Assembly (NCBI RefSeq): GCF_000195855.1
Contig: NC_002677.1
Span: 1,140,001-1,172,000 of the forward strand
Direction of reading: 5' to 3'
Length of the DNA stretch: 32,000 nucleotides
DNA from: Mycobacterium leprae TN
Lineage (GTDB): Bacteria; Actinomycetota; Actinomycetes; Mycobacteriales; Mycobacteriaceae
Shown here: positions 31,600-32,000 of the stretch, piece by piece
Numbering within the stretch: the first letter of the stretch is position 1
Layout of the letters: each line of letters starts with the position of its first letter
The notes under the pieces: generated by a model
Database searches by the model: none
What the model was told of the DNA's origin: nothing
What the model saw: the letters and a program-made list of their open reading frames with translations, nothing else
Translations under genes and position numbers: made by a program

Positions 31600-31870
31600 G
31601 CTTCTGTTCGATAACGCCGACTGGTATCAACTGCTGGACTTGTGCGCGATCACCGATACGCTAATCGTGGGCGGGGTTTATCATCTGGCTGATTTCAACA
31701 ATAATCAACTGGTGCTGGGGCTTAAAAGGCACCATTTCTGAGGTCGAATTGCACCTGATCAAAGGCTGTCTTACTGCGGGGTTGAAACACAAGGCAGCCA
31801 AAGGCGAACCGTCTGGTTTCGGGGCCTCGACCAACACTTCCTCACCGCGGTAAGGCCCCTAACTTAAGCA
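31600..31870 (+). pseudogene. Serine recombinase (resolvase/invertase family) remnant
   Basis: DWYQLLDLCAITDTLIVGGVYHLADFNNNQLVLGLK, then a one-base shift to GTISEVELHLIKGCLTAGLKHKAAKGE. This matches the conserved resolvase-domain segment of serine recombinases. It may extend on both sides. Confidence 0.7.
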
Positions 31871-32000
31871 GCATGTCCAGTTCAGACGCCAGGCGGATGT
31901 TGCTGATGGCAGCGGTACCCATTAGGAACTGCTCGGCTTCTTCGCCTGGACAGTAGGATTGTTTCTCTACAACATTATTTAGGTCTGGGTCCGACTTCGT

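Noticed and set aside
1-32000. CRISPR arrays, toxin-antitoxin, restriction-modification, retrons, phage structural genes
   Set aside because: No spaced direct repeats, reverse transcriptase motifs, methyltransferase/nuclease pairs or phage proteins were seen on either strand.

Overview
Overall call: this is a segment of a reductively evolving mycobacterial chromosome. The split RecA with its intein, and the density of pseudogenes, point to the Mycobacterium leprae / M. lepromatosis lineage. The species call is an inference, since no database search was possible. Intact housekeeping genes are ftsK, an argA-like acetyltransferase (minus strand), pgsA, a UGT-like glycosyltransferase, a DUF3046 protein, recA with a 365-aa LAGLIDADG intein, recX, miaB, a membrane protein, an Rv2728c-like protein, miaA, dapF and hflX. 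Between and around them are decayed genes: MmpL, a TIGR00027-type methyltransferase, a mycofactocin/carveol-type SDR, clgR, pspA, pspM, an ephG-like gene, a DUF349 coiled-coil protein, a membrane protein, fadE20, an IS3-family transposase and a serine recombinase. I found no CRISPR array, rRNA, tRNA or phage-defence locus, and no convincing new multi-gene system. The observations most worth a second look are the step-wise decay of the clgR-pspA-pspM envelope-stress operon next to a preserved SOS box at recA, the recA intein, a 28-bp perfect spacer-less palindrome at 29728-29755, a 25-bp perfect inverted repeat (1505-1529 / 2361-2385), and recombinase/transposase fossils in the 28-32 kb region.
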